Origin: an uncultured Alphaproteobacteria bacterium
GTDB lineage: Bacteria; Pseudomonadota; Alphaproteobacteria; Rhizobiales; Beijerinckiaceae
Assembly (NCBI GenBank): GCA_937871825.1
Contig: CALMOK010000073.1
Coordinates: 1-45,795, forward strand
Reading direction: 5' to 3'
Length of the DNA stretch: 45,795 bases
Shown: piece after piece, positions 1-7,562 of the stretch
Layout: each line of letters opens with the position of its first letter
Position numbering within the stretch: position 1 is the stretch's first letter
Program-made: the position numbers and the translations under genes
Notes under the pieces: model-generated
Databases searched by the model: none
The model's input: the letters and a program-made list of their open reading frames with translations, nothing else
What the model was told of the DNA's origin: nothing

Positions 1-683
1 ACGATGGGCAGTCGCGACCTGCGCCCGAGCGCCAGCAGGACTCCCGCGGGCAGCGACACCACGATGCCGACCACCGACATCAACAAGGTGATGAAAAGGC
101 CGCCCCACAAGTTGGTGTCCACAACCGGCAGGCCCAGCGCCGGGATGCCGCGCAGCAGAACAAAGGCCACCACCGGATACACGACGAAGAACAGCAAGGC
201 CGCGATGTTTCGCCGGGGAAGGCTGGTGCGCAGCAGCCAAACGATCAGGACCGCTCCGGCGGCTTCGGTGACGTCGATGCGCCAATACTCGCTTTCGGGG
301 TAGGCGCCATAGCGGAAAAATTGGAATTTCTTGGCCACGAACGCCCAGCAAGCCCCGTCGGGGTTCGCCCGGCAGGCCGCGCCATCGCCGGACCACACGG
401 CGTCCAGCAACAGGTAGCGGACGAGGTCGGGCACCACCCAGGCGACGATGGCGAGCGCTAGAAGCGTCAGAACGGCGGAACCAGGTGTCGAGAAAAGGTT
501 CTGCCGCACCCAAGCCAGCGGCCCTCCGATGGAATTCGGGGGAGGCAGGATGGCCGTCTGCTCCTCGCGAACAAAGGAGGCTCCGCCCGCCGGCATGTCG
601 ATCACGGCGTTCCGAAGGACGGCGGCGTCGGTGGCGTCGGGATCGGTCGCGGCATGCGGGGGAGTGGCGACGGTCGCGGTCAT
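1..683 (-). CDS. aapM: General L-amino acid ABC transporter permease AapM/BztC (3' part runs off the window edge)
   Basis: Not in the ORF track. Translated by hand from ATG at 683: MTATVATPP...GGPLAWVRQNLFSTPGSAVLT...DAVWSGDGAACRANPDGACWAFV...FRYGAYPESEYWR, typical of the AapM N-terminus. It starts 4 nt after the aapQ stop. Confidence 0.88.
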   Translation of the reverse strand, partial: MTATVATPPHAATDPDATDAAVLRNAVIDMPAGGASFVREEQTAILPPPNSIGGPLAWVRQNLFSTPGSAVLTLLALAIVAWVVPDLVRYLLLDAVWSGDGAACRANPDGACWAFVAKKFQFFRYGAYPESEYWRIDVTEAAGAVLIVWLLRTSLPRRNIAALLFFVVYPVVAFVLLRGIPALGLPVVDTNLWGGLFITLLMSVVGIVVSLPAGVLLALGRRSRLPI

Positions 684-687
684 CGGG

Positions 688-1881
688 TTATCGCTCCGCC
701 CGCGCCATGCGGCTGTTGTAGAGGTTCATGGCCGACGAGGTCACGAGCGAGATGACCAGGTAGACCGCCATGGTGATGGCCATCACCTGCACGGCGGCGC
801 CGGTCTGGTTCAGCACCGTGCCGGCGAACACCTGCACGAGATCCGGGTAGCCGATGAAGACCGCCAGCGAGGAATTCTTGATCAGGTTGAGGTATTGATT
901 GGTGAGCGGCGGAATGATGACCCGCAGGGACTGGGGCACGATCACCAATGAGCGGATACGGCCAGGGGCCAGCCCAAGGGCCTGGGCGGCCTCGGACTGT
1001 CCACGGGCAACAGACTGAACGCCGGCGCGCACGATTTCGGCGATGAACGACGCCGTATAGACCGACAGGCCGAGCAGCAAGGCGACAAATTCGGGAAACA
1101 CCTGCTTGCCGCCGGTGAAGTTGAAGCCCTTGAGCTGCGGGATGTCGAAGGTGACGGGATGCCCAAGCACGAGGTCGATGGCCAATGGCAGGCCAACGAT
1201 CAGGAGCAAGGTCAAGGGCACCAACGGCGCTTGCTGCCCGGTTCGCTTCTGTCTCCGCTTTGCCCAAACAAAAAGGCCGATACTGGCTGCGACGCCGAAC
1301 AGCAAGGCGAAACCGATCAACTCCGATCCGGCACCGAACTGAGGCGAGGGCAGCACGAGGCCGCGATTGTTGAGGAAAATCCCGCCCGGCAATTGGAAGG
1401 ACTGGCGCGGCGCCGGCAAGGGCTTCAGCACCGCGTTGTACCAGAACAGCAGCTGGAGCAGCAGCGGCACGTTGCGAAGCGTTTCCACATAGACCAGGGC
1501 CAGCTTGGCGACGATCCAATTGGTCGAAAGCCGGGCGATGCCCACGGTGAAACCGACGATCGTGGTCAGCACGATGCCGAGGACGCCCACCAGCAGGGTG
1601 TTGCAGAGCCCGACCCAGAAGGCCTGGCCATAAGTGGACGCGTGCGTGTAGGGGATCAGCGTCTGGTTGATGTCGAAACCGGAAACCTGCGTCCAAAAGT
1701 CGAAGGTCGTCGGAATGCGCAGGCGCGCCATGGCGGACAGGGCGTTGGTGGCCGCCTCGTAGATCAGACTGGCGACGATGCCGACCAAAACGAGCTGGTA
1801 CACCACCGCCCGCACCTTGGGATCGTAGATCCACGATCCCATAGCAGGCCGGTTCGTCCGCACCGCCGTATCAGCCATCAT
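688..1881 (-). CDS. aapQ: General L-amino acid ABC transporter permease AapQ
   Basis: 397 aa polytopic protein with YVETLRNVPLLLQL, the EAA loop (AEIVRAGVQSVARGQSEAAQALGL) and NLIKNSSLA. Confidence 0.92.
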   Translation of the reverse strand: MMADTAVRTNRPAMGSWIYDPKVRAVVYQLVLVGIVASLIYEAATNALSAMARLRIPTTFDFWTQVSGFDINQTLIPYTHASTYGQAFWVGLCNTLLVGVLGIVLTTIVGFTVGIARLSTNWIVAKLALVYVETLRNVPLLLQLLFWYNAVLKPLPAPRQSFQLPGGIFLNNRGLVLPSPQFGAGSELIGFALLFGVAASIGLFVWAKRRQKRTGQQAPLVPLTLLLIVGLPLAIDLVLGHPVTFDIPQLKGFNFTGGKQVFPEFVALLLGLSVYTASFIAEIVRAGVQSVARGQSEAAQALGLAPGRIRSLVIVPQSLRVIIPPLTNQYLNLIKNSSLAVFIGYPDLVQVFAGTVLNQTGAAVQVMAITMAVYLVISLVTSSAMNLYNSRMARAER

Positions 1882-1930
1882 AATCCTTCATCCATGGCAG
1901 GCGGCGGAGGACAAGCCCCCGCCAGCTCGA

Positions 1931-2944
1931 TCAGCGGATCGGTGGGGCGTATTGCAGCCCGCCCTTGCTCCACAGCGCGTTAAGGCCGCGCTTGATCTTC
2001 AAGGGCGACCCGTCACCGACGTTGCGGTCGAACACCTCGCCGTAGTTGCCGACCTGCTTGAGCAGTATGTAGGCCCAGTTGCCGTTCAGCCCCAACCCTT
2101 TGCCGGCCTCGCCCTCGACGCCAAGCAGGCGGCGGATGTCGGGATTTTCGGATTTCATCATCTCGTCGACGTTCTTCGACGTCACGCCGAGCTCCTCGGC
2201 CGTCACCATGGCGTATTGCGTCCAGCGGACGATGTTGAACCATTGATCGTCGCCCTGGCGGACGGCCGGCGACAGCGGCTCCTTGGAGATGATCTCGGGC
2301 AAGACGATGTGGTCGTCGGGGTTCACCAGCCGCAGCCGCTCGGCGTAAAGGCCCGATGAATCGGTGGTGAAGGCGTCGCATCGGCCCGATTCGTAGGCTT
2401 TCAGGGTTTCGTCCTCGCCCTTGAAGGCCACGCTGTCGTATTTCATGCCATTGGTGCGGAAATAATCGGCGAGATTGAGTTCCGTGGTTGTGCCCTGCTG
2501 AACGCAGACCGCGGCGCCGTTGAGGTCCTTGGCCGAGGCGACGCCGAGCTTCTTGCGGACAAGGAATCCCTGCCCGTCGTAGAAGTTGACGGGCCCGAAC
2601 AGCATGCCCTGGCTGTCACGGGATGACGTCCAGGTGCTGTTGCGAGCCAAAAGGTCGATCTCGCTCGATTGTAGCGCCGTAAACCGGTCGGTCGCGTTGA
2701 GGGCGATGTATTTGACCTTGGTGGCGTCCCCCAGGACGGCGGCCGCAACGGCGTGGCAGAAATCCACGTCGAGGCCGGTGAAATTACCTTTGTCGTCCGG
2801 AATGCCGAACCCGGCCAGCGCCGGGTTGACGCCGCAGGTCAACGTGCCTTTCTGCTTGACGGTGTCGAGCGTCCCCGCCGACGCCACCGAAACGGTGGCC
2901 GACAATGCGGCGGCGACCAACGAAGCGAACAATGCTGTCTTCAA
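1931..2944 (-). CDS. aapJ: General L-amino acid ABC transporter substrate-binding protein AapJ
   Basis: Signal peptide followed by GLDVDFC, RFTALQS, GTTTELNLADYF, ISKEPL and C-terminal GGLQYAPPIR. Start set at TTG 2944 (GGAG upstream) instead of the ORF-track start at 2995. Confidence 0.93.
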   Translation of the reverse strand: MKTALFASLVAAALSATVSVASAGTLDTVKQKGTLTCGVNPALAGFGIPDDKGNFTGLDVDFCHAVAAAVLGDATKVKYIALNATDRFTALQSSEIDLLARNSTWTSSRDSQGMLFGPVNFYDGQGFLVRKKLGVASAKDLNGAAVCVQQGTTTELNLADYFRTNGMKYDSVAFKGEDETLKAYESGRCDAFTTDSSGLYAERLRLVNPDDHIVLPEIISKEPLSPAVRQGDDQWFNIVRWTQYAMVTAEELGVTSKNVDEMMKSENPDIRRLLGVEGEAGKGLGLNGNWAYILLKQVGNYGEVFDRNVGDGSPLKIKRGLNALWSKGGLQYAPPIR

Positions 2945-2994
2945 CGGCTCGAACTCCAGCTTGGCAACGTGTTGAGGGCTTGGCGCAACCGCCA

Positions 2995-3011
2995 AGCACG
3001 GGGCGTGCCAA
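2995..3011 (-). promoter_or_regulatory. Sigma-54 (RpoN) -24/-12 promoter upstream of aapJ
   Basis: Minus strand reads TTGGCACG-CCCC-GTGCT: exact GG-N10-GC spacing and one mismatch to TGGCACG-N4-TTGCW, about 50 nt upstream of the aapJ start. Confidence 0.7.
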
Positions 3012-3030
3012 TCCCCAGCTATGGAGCGGC

Positions 3031-3059
3031 ATCACAGAGAGTTTGCGTTCGATGGTCAA
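3031..3059 (-). promoter_or_regulatory. Possible sigma-70 promoter for aapJ
   Basis: Minus strand TTGACC-N17-TGTGAT. Confidence 0.4.
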
Positions 3060-3216
3060 GCGCTAGAATTCCCGCACCCGGCACATTCCCACGACCCGCC
3101 ATGGCAGGCGCCAGCCGCAAGCCTTGACGCACCCTCGGCTCCGGTGGTTTCACTCGGCCCGCGAAGCTCCCCGAAGCGGGATCGTCATCCCGTTCGCGAC
3201 CACCCCATGGACCGCA

Positions 3217-4404
3217 ATGACCAGACCGACGAACGAACCCCGCCCGACCCTGCAGGCGCGAACCCGCCTGGTCCAGGCGGGCCGCAACCCCTCCGAGCAG
3301 TTCGGGTTCGTCAACACCCCGATCTACCGCGGCTCCACGGTTCTTTACGACACCGTTGCCCGCCTGGAGAGCCGCGACAGCCCCTATACCTATGGCACCA
3401 AGGGAACGCCCACCATCCGGGCCCTCGAGACGGCTTGGACCGAACTCGCCGGCGCCGCCGGAACGGTTCTGACCCCCTCGGGCCTCGCCGCCGTCAGCGT
3501 GGCCCTGCTCGCCGTGCTGGGCAGCGGCGACCACCTGCTGGTGACGGACTCCGCCTACCTGCCGACACGTACCTTATGCGACACGGTTCTGAAACGCTTC
3601 GGCGTCACCACGACCTACTACGATCCCCGGATCGGCGCCGGCATCGCGGCCCTGATCGGGGATCGGACCCGGGCCGTCCTGGTGGAAGCGCCCGGCTCAC
3701 AAACCTTCGAGGTGCAGGACGTTCCGACTATCGCGGATGCGGCGCACGAGCGCGGCCTGTGCGTGCTGATGGATAACACCTGGGCGACGCCCCTCTTCTT
3801 CCCACCCCACGAGCGGGGCGTGGACATCGCCATCGAGGCCGGCACCAAATATCTCGCCGGCCATTCCGACCTCCTGCTCGGGCTGACCTCGGCCAACGCG
3901 CAATTCTGGCCCCGACTCCGCGAAACCTTCGACGCCATGGCGATCTGCGCGGGGCCGGAGGACGTCTTTCTCGCCCTGCGCGGCCTCCGAACGCTGGACC
4001 TGCGGCTGCGCGAGGCGGAGCGGCAGGGGCTCGCCGTCGCCACCTGGTTGGCAGGCCGGCCGGAGGTCGAAACCGTGCTTCACCCGGCCCTGCCGACCCA
4101 TCCGGACCACGCGATCTGGTCGCGCGATTTCCTTGGCTCGTCGGGTTTGTTTTCCGTGATCCTCAAGCCGGCCCCGCGCGCCGCGGTCGCCGCCATGCTG
4201 GACGGGTTGCAACTGTTCGGCATGGGTTATTCCTGGGGCGGGTTCGAAAGCCTCGTCGTTCCGTTTGACCCGACCGCGTACCGGACGGCGACCCGCTGGT
4301 CGTCCGTCGGGCCGGCGTTGCGGTTTCAGATCGGGTTCGAGGATGTCGGCGACCTGCAGGCCGACCTCGACGCGGGGTTCGGGCGCCTCAACGCGGGCCG
4401 CTGA
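3217..4404 (+). CDS. metC: Cystathionine beta-lyase (PLP-dependent)
   Basis: FGFVNTPIYRGSTV, YGTKGTPT, MDNTWATP, PLP-lysine motif AGTKYLAGHSD and FGMGYSWGGFESL. Divergent from aapJ, as is typical in rhizobia. Confidence 0.93.
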   Translation: MTRPTNEPRPTLQARTRLVQAGRNPSEQFGFVNTPIYRGSTVLYDTVARLESRDSPYTYGTKGTPTIRALETAWTELAGAAGTVLTPSGLAAVSVALLAVLGSGDHLLVTDSAYLPTRTLCDTVLKRFGVTTTYYDPRIGAGIAALIGDRTRAVLVEAPGSQTFEVQDVPTIADAAHERGLCVLMDNTWATPLFFPPHERGVDIAIEAGTKYLAGHSDLLLGLTSANAQFWPRLRETFDAMAICAGPEDVFLALRGLRTLDLRLREAERQGLAVATWLAGRPEVETVLHPALPTHPDHAIWSRDFLGSSGLFSVILKPAPRAAVAAMLDGLQLFGMGYSWGGFESLVVPFDPTAYRTATRWSSVGPALRFQIGFEDVGDLQADLDAGFGRLNAGR

Positions 4405-4423
4405 TCCAGGTTGAAAGTCGGGT

Positions 4424-4735
4424 TCACTCTGCGTCGGTCTTGGCCCGACCGGACTTTCCGATCAGCATCAGGTTGCGGCCGTAGATCACGATGGACAGCA
4501 GTTGCCCCAGGATGATGATCGCGTCCTTGCGGGCGAAACCGTAGAACAGGGTCATCAGCCCGCCCACCATGGAGAGCACCCAGAAGGCCACGGGGATGAC
4601 GCTCCGCCATTGCACCAGGAAACGCGCCGTGAAGACGAGTTGCGCCCCGAGGCCGAACGCGAACCAGAGATCGAATTTTTGCACGAACACGTCGTAAAGG
4701 TAGTTCCCCATGTCGTGCGACAGGCTAGCGAGCAT
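4424..4735 (-). CDS. Small membrane protein, lipid A biosynthesis N-terminal (LAB_N) domain family
   Basis: 103 aa with three hydrophobic segments: GLGAQLVFTARFLVQW...SVIPVAFW...GG...ILGQ...IYGRNL. Overlaps the GT2 stop. Confidence 0.8.
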   Translation of the reverse strand: MLASLSHDMGNYLYDVFVQKFDLWFAFGLGAQLVFTARFLVQWRSVIPVAFWVLSMVGGLMTLFYGFARKDAIIILGQLLSIVIYGRNLMLIGKSGRAKTDAE

Positions 4736-5480
4736 CGGCCGGCTCCTCCGTCACAACGGGAATGTTTCGCCGCCGCTTGATCAGCCAACGCACGCCGGCG
4801 AGGTCGGCGACCCCGACCCACAGCCGATCGAAGAACCCGTAATTGGAAATCCCGCTGAGCCGCGGGCGGTCGACCACGTCGATCGTTGCGATCGCGTAGC
4901 CGTCTCGGCGGATCAGGGCCGGGAGGAAGCGGTGCAGGCCATCAAAGAACGGGAGGTCGAGATAAACCTGCCGGGGAAAACATTTCAGGCCGCAATTGGT
5001 GTCGCGGGTGCCGTCGGCCAGGATGGCGTCGCGGATCACGTTGGCGACCCTCGACTGCACACGCTTGAAAGTCGTGTCGTTGCGTCGCAGGCGCTGGCCC
5101 GCCACGAGGCCGCATCGCGGTCCGGACCGCTCAAGCTCCTGGACGAGCCTCAGGATGACTAGCGGGTCGTTCTGTCCATCGCCGTCGATCGTCACGATCA
5201 CGGGCGAGCGCGCCGCCCGGACGGCGGTACGGACCGCGGCCGCCTTGCCGCAGGAGGCGTGGTGGGTCAGGTGGCGCAGCCAAGGCCGCGTCGCGGCCAC
5301 GCGCCGCAATTCGCTCGCCGTCCGGTCAGTCGAGCCGTCATCGACGTAGATGACCTCGAAAGGGCCGGCGCTCGCCAGGGCCGCCTCGATCTCCACGAGC
5401 AGCGGCTCGATGTTGCCGGCCTCGTTGCGAACTGGAACCACGACGGAAAAACCGGGGGTGGGCGGCAGGTCGCGCGTCAT
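4725..5480 (-). CDS. GT2 polyprenyl-phosphate glycosyltransferase (ArnC/DPM1/RgtE-like)
   Basis: SVVVPVRNEAGNI, YVDDGSTD, DGDGQND, DTNCGLK, HRFLPAL and R..G.SNY. ATGA-coupled to the upstream ArnT-like gene. Confidence 0.88.
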   Translation of the reverse strand: MTRDLPPTPGFSVVVPVRNEAGNIEPLLVEIEAALASAGPFEVIYVDDGSTDRTASELRRVAATRPWLRHLTHHASCGKAAAVRTAVRAARSPVIVTIDGDGQNDPLVILRLVQELERSGPRCGLVAGQRLRRNDTTFKRVQSRVANVIRDAILADGTRDTNCGLKCFPRQVYLDLPFFDGLHRFLPALIRRDGYAIATIDVVDRPRLSGISNYGFFDRLWVGVADLAGVRWLIKRRRNIPVVTEEPADAR

Positions 5481-7186
5481 GGCGGGTCGAGCCGTCGCAC
5501 GTAGACGCCGATATCGAGGGACTTGCCACCGTTGATGTTGACACCGTTGACGCGGGACGCGAGCGTCGCCGCCGAGGTCGGACCGAGGCTGGCCTTGAAG
5601 GCGGCCTCATCGGGCGCACGGACAAAGGCAACCCGACACGATCCTTGCGCCATGAAGGCGGCGGCACCGGGTCCGTCCGTCATCAGAAGGGCCGTGTCGG
5701 TCAGGAAGACGAGGCTGGGTTCCCGGTCGCCAACGGTGGCGTAGGCCGCGGTCGACGCGCAGTCGAGCCCGAGCGCCTCGTGTCCGGCAGCGGCGAGCCG
5801 TGGCGAAAGGCCGATGAGATCCGCGTGACCGGCATTCATGAAATGCCCGAGAACGAAGGCGTGAACGGCGAGGGACGCCACGACAGCCATGCCGCTCGCC
5901 GCCTCGATGGCGCCAGTGCGAACGCAGCGGATCGCCAGGACCACGCAGGCGGTCGCGACGACGAAGGCCAGGGCGGCGAGCGCGATCGTTCCGCCGTCGA
6001 GGTTTGAGGCGAGGCGCCCCTTGGCCATCGCCAGGACGACCGGCAACAGCGCGGGTAGCAGCATGGCCGCGATGCCGAACACGACGAGCCTCGCCCGGCC
6101 GACCATCATGCGACCGGGCTGGGTCATTGCCGCCGCAGCCAGGATGGCGAGCGCCGGATAGGTCGGCAGCACGTAATGGGGCAGCTTGGTGGGAACGAGC
6201 TCGAACAGCAGCCAGGTGGGGTTCGCCCAGGCCAGCAGAAAGGAAACTGTGTCCGACCATCGGTTCTTCCAGGCGAACACGGCCGAGAGCAACACGAACG
6301 GCGCCAAGGGCCACCCGGTGACCCAGAAGGCCGCCAGATAGGTGCCGAACGGGGCGCCGTGCGACTCTTGCGCGCCTGCCACCTTGCCCAGCATGTCGTG
6401 ACCCAGGGAGTCGGCCAGGAAAGTCCCGCCCGTGCGCCACAGGATCAGCACCAGCCAGGGCAGCACGATGAGACCGCACCAGAGCGCGCCCACGCCCGGG
6501 CGCAGGGCGGAAAGCCAGCGGATCGAGCGATGCCGCGCGGACAGCACCAGGACGGCGAAGAACGGCACCATGGGGGTGATCGGCCCCTTGACGAGGATGC
6601 CCACCGCGAGGGCCGTCCAGAACAGCGCGCAAAGGCCGAGGCTCAAGCGCCGGTTTTGCGCGCGTGCCATCCAGGCGCGCGCCAGCACGCCCATGACGGC
6701 CACCACGGTTGCGAGCAGCATCGCGTCGGTTTTGGCGAGGTGGGCCTCCACGGCCAGCAATACGGTTGAGCCCAGCAGCGCCCCGGCCAACACGGCGCCT
6801 CGCCGTGGAACCAGGGGCAGCGCCGCCCAATAGGTGAACAGGATGGCCGCCAACGCGCCCATGAGGGAAGGAATGCGATAAAGCCAGATCGCCGTTCGGG
6901 CGTCGATGACGCCGAGGGCCTCCCCGAGCGCCACTGTGCCGGCCTGCATCCAATATATGCCGACCGGCTTCTTGTTGCGGGCCTCGTCCTGGAAGCGGAT
7001 ATCGACGAAATCGCCGGTTTCCAGCATCTGCTTCGACGCCTGGGCGAACCGCGGCTCGTCGCGATCCATGGGGAACAGGCTGGAGAACCCGGGCAGCGCC
7101 ATCGCGAGTCCGATCGCGAGGAGCAGAAGGCAGGCGCGGACGTGGCGTCGGGCGATCCAGTCGAGCAGGCGATCGATCGCTACCAA
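5477..7186 (-). CDS. ArnT/GT39-like polytopic glycosyltransferase using a lipid-linked sugar donor
   Basis: MDRDEPRFAQASKQM, KPVGIYWMQA, EAHLAKTDA, LVKGP and TKLPHYVLP, with many TM segments. Probable start is TTG at 7186; the ORF extends to 7282. Confidence 0.87.
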   Translation of the reverse strand: MVAIDRLLDWIARRHVRACLLLLAIGLAMALPGFSSLFPMDRDEPRFAQASKQMLETGDFVDIRFQDEARNKKPVGIYWMQAGTVALGEALGVIDARTAIWLYRIPSLMGALAAILFTYWAALPLVPRRGAVLAGALLGSTVLLAVEAHLAKTDAMLLATVVAVMGVLARAWMARAQNRRLSLGLCALFWTALAVGILVKGPITPMVPFFAVLVLSARHRSIRWLSALRPGVGALWCGLIVLPWLVLILWRTGGTFLADSLGHDMLGKVAGAQESHGAPFGTYLAAFWVTGWPLAPFVLLSAVFAWKNRWSDTVSFLLAWANPTWLLFELVPTKLPHYVLPTYPALAILAAAAMTQPGRMMVGRARLVVFGIAAMLLPALLPVVLAMAKGRLASNLDGGTIALAALAFVVATACVVLAIRCVRTGAIEAASGMAVVASLAVHAFVLGHFMNAGHADLIGLSPRLAAAGHEALGLDCASTAAYATVGDREPSLVFLTDTALLMTDGPGAAAFMAQGSCRVAFVRAPDEAAFKASLGPTSAATLASRVNGVNINGGKSLDIGVYVRRLDPP

Positions 7187-7304
7187 GAAGTCTCTTCCAG
7201 CATGACGCCGTGGACAAGCATGATCGCGCCATAGGGTCAAGGCCGGTGCATCCAAACCAGGGCGACGGCATTGATAGACCAAGGCCGTTCAGAAGGAGCA
7301 AGCC

Positions 7305-7562
7305 ATGTCAGATATGCCCGACATCAACGAACCCGGTTTGCCGAATGCCCCGATGGACCCGGTGCTTCCGCCGGAAGTCCCACCAAGCCCATCTGAGACG
7401 GGCATTCCCGAGCCGATCGGTATCCCATCCTCGCAACCCGACTCGATCGACGATCCGATGTCGCCCGATCCGATTGGTATCCCGGGCGATTCTCCCTCCG
7501 ACGTGCCGCCGACCGGCCCTTCGGAAATCCCGTCTGACGTGCCGGGCGTGATGCAGTTCTGA
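7305..7562 (+). CDS. Pro/Asp/Ser-rich small hypothetical protein (85 aa)
   Basis: Strong RBS (AGAAGGAG) before the ATG, host-like GC-rich codon usage and internal repeats. It fills the intergenic gap. Confidence 0.7.
   Translation: MSDMPDINEPGLPNAPMDPVLPPEVPPSPSETGIPEPIGIPSSQPDSIDDPMSPDPIGIPGDSPSDVPPTGPSEIPSDVPGVMQF

Noticed and set aside
1892-3110. 12-nt direct repeat CCATGGCAGGCG on both sides of aapJ (~1892 and ~3099)
   Set aside because: Short, GC-rich, only two copies, and it flanks a core gene with no mobility signature; compatible with chance.
3160-3216. Hairpin CGGGAT-CGTC-ATCCCG in the metC leader as a possible SAM riboswitch
   Set aside because: No SAM-II/SAM-alpha or SAM-SAH consensus elements are recognisable; it is a single short stem only.
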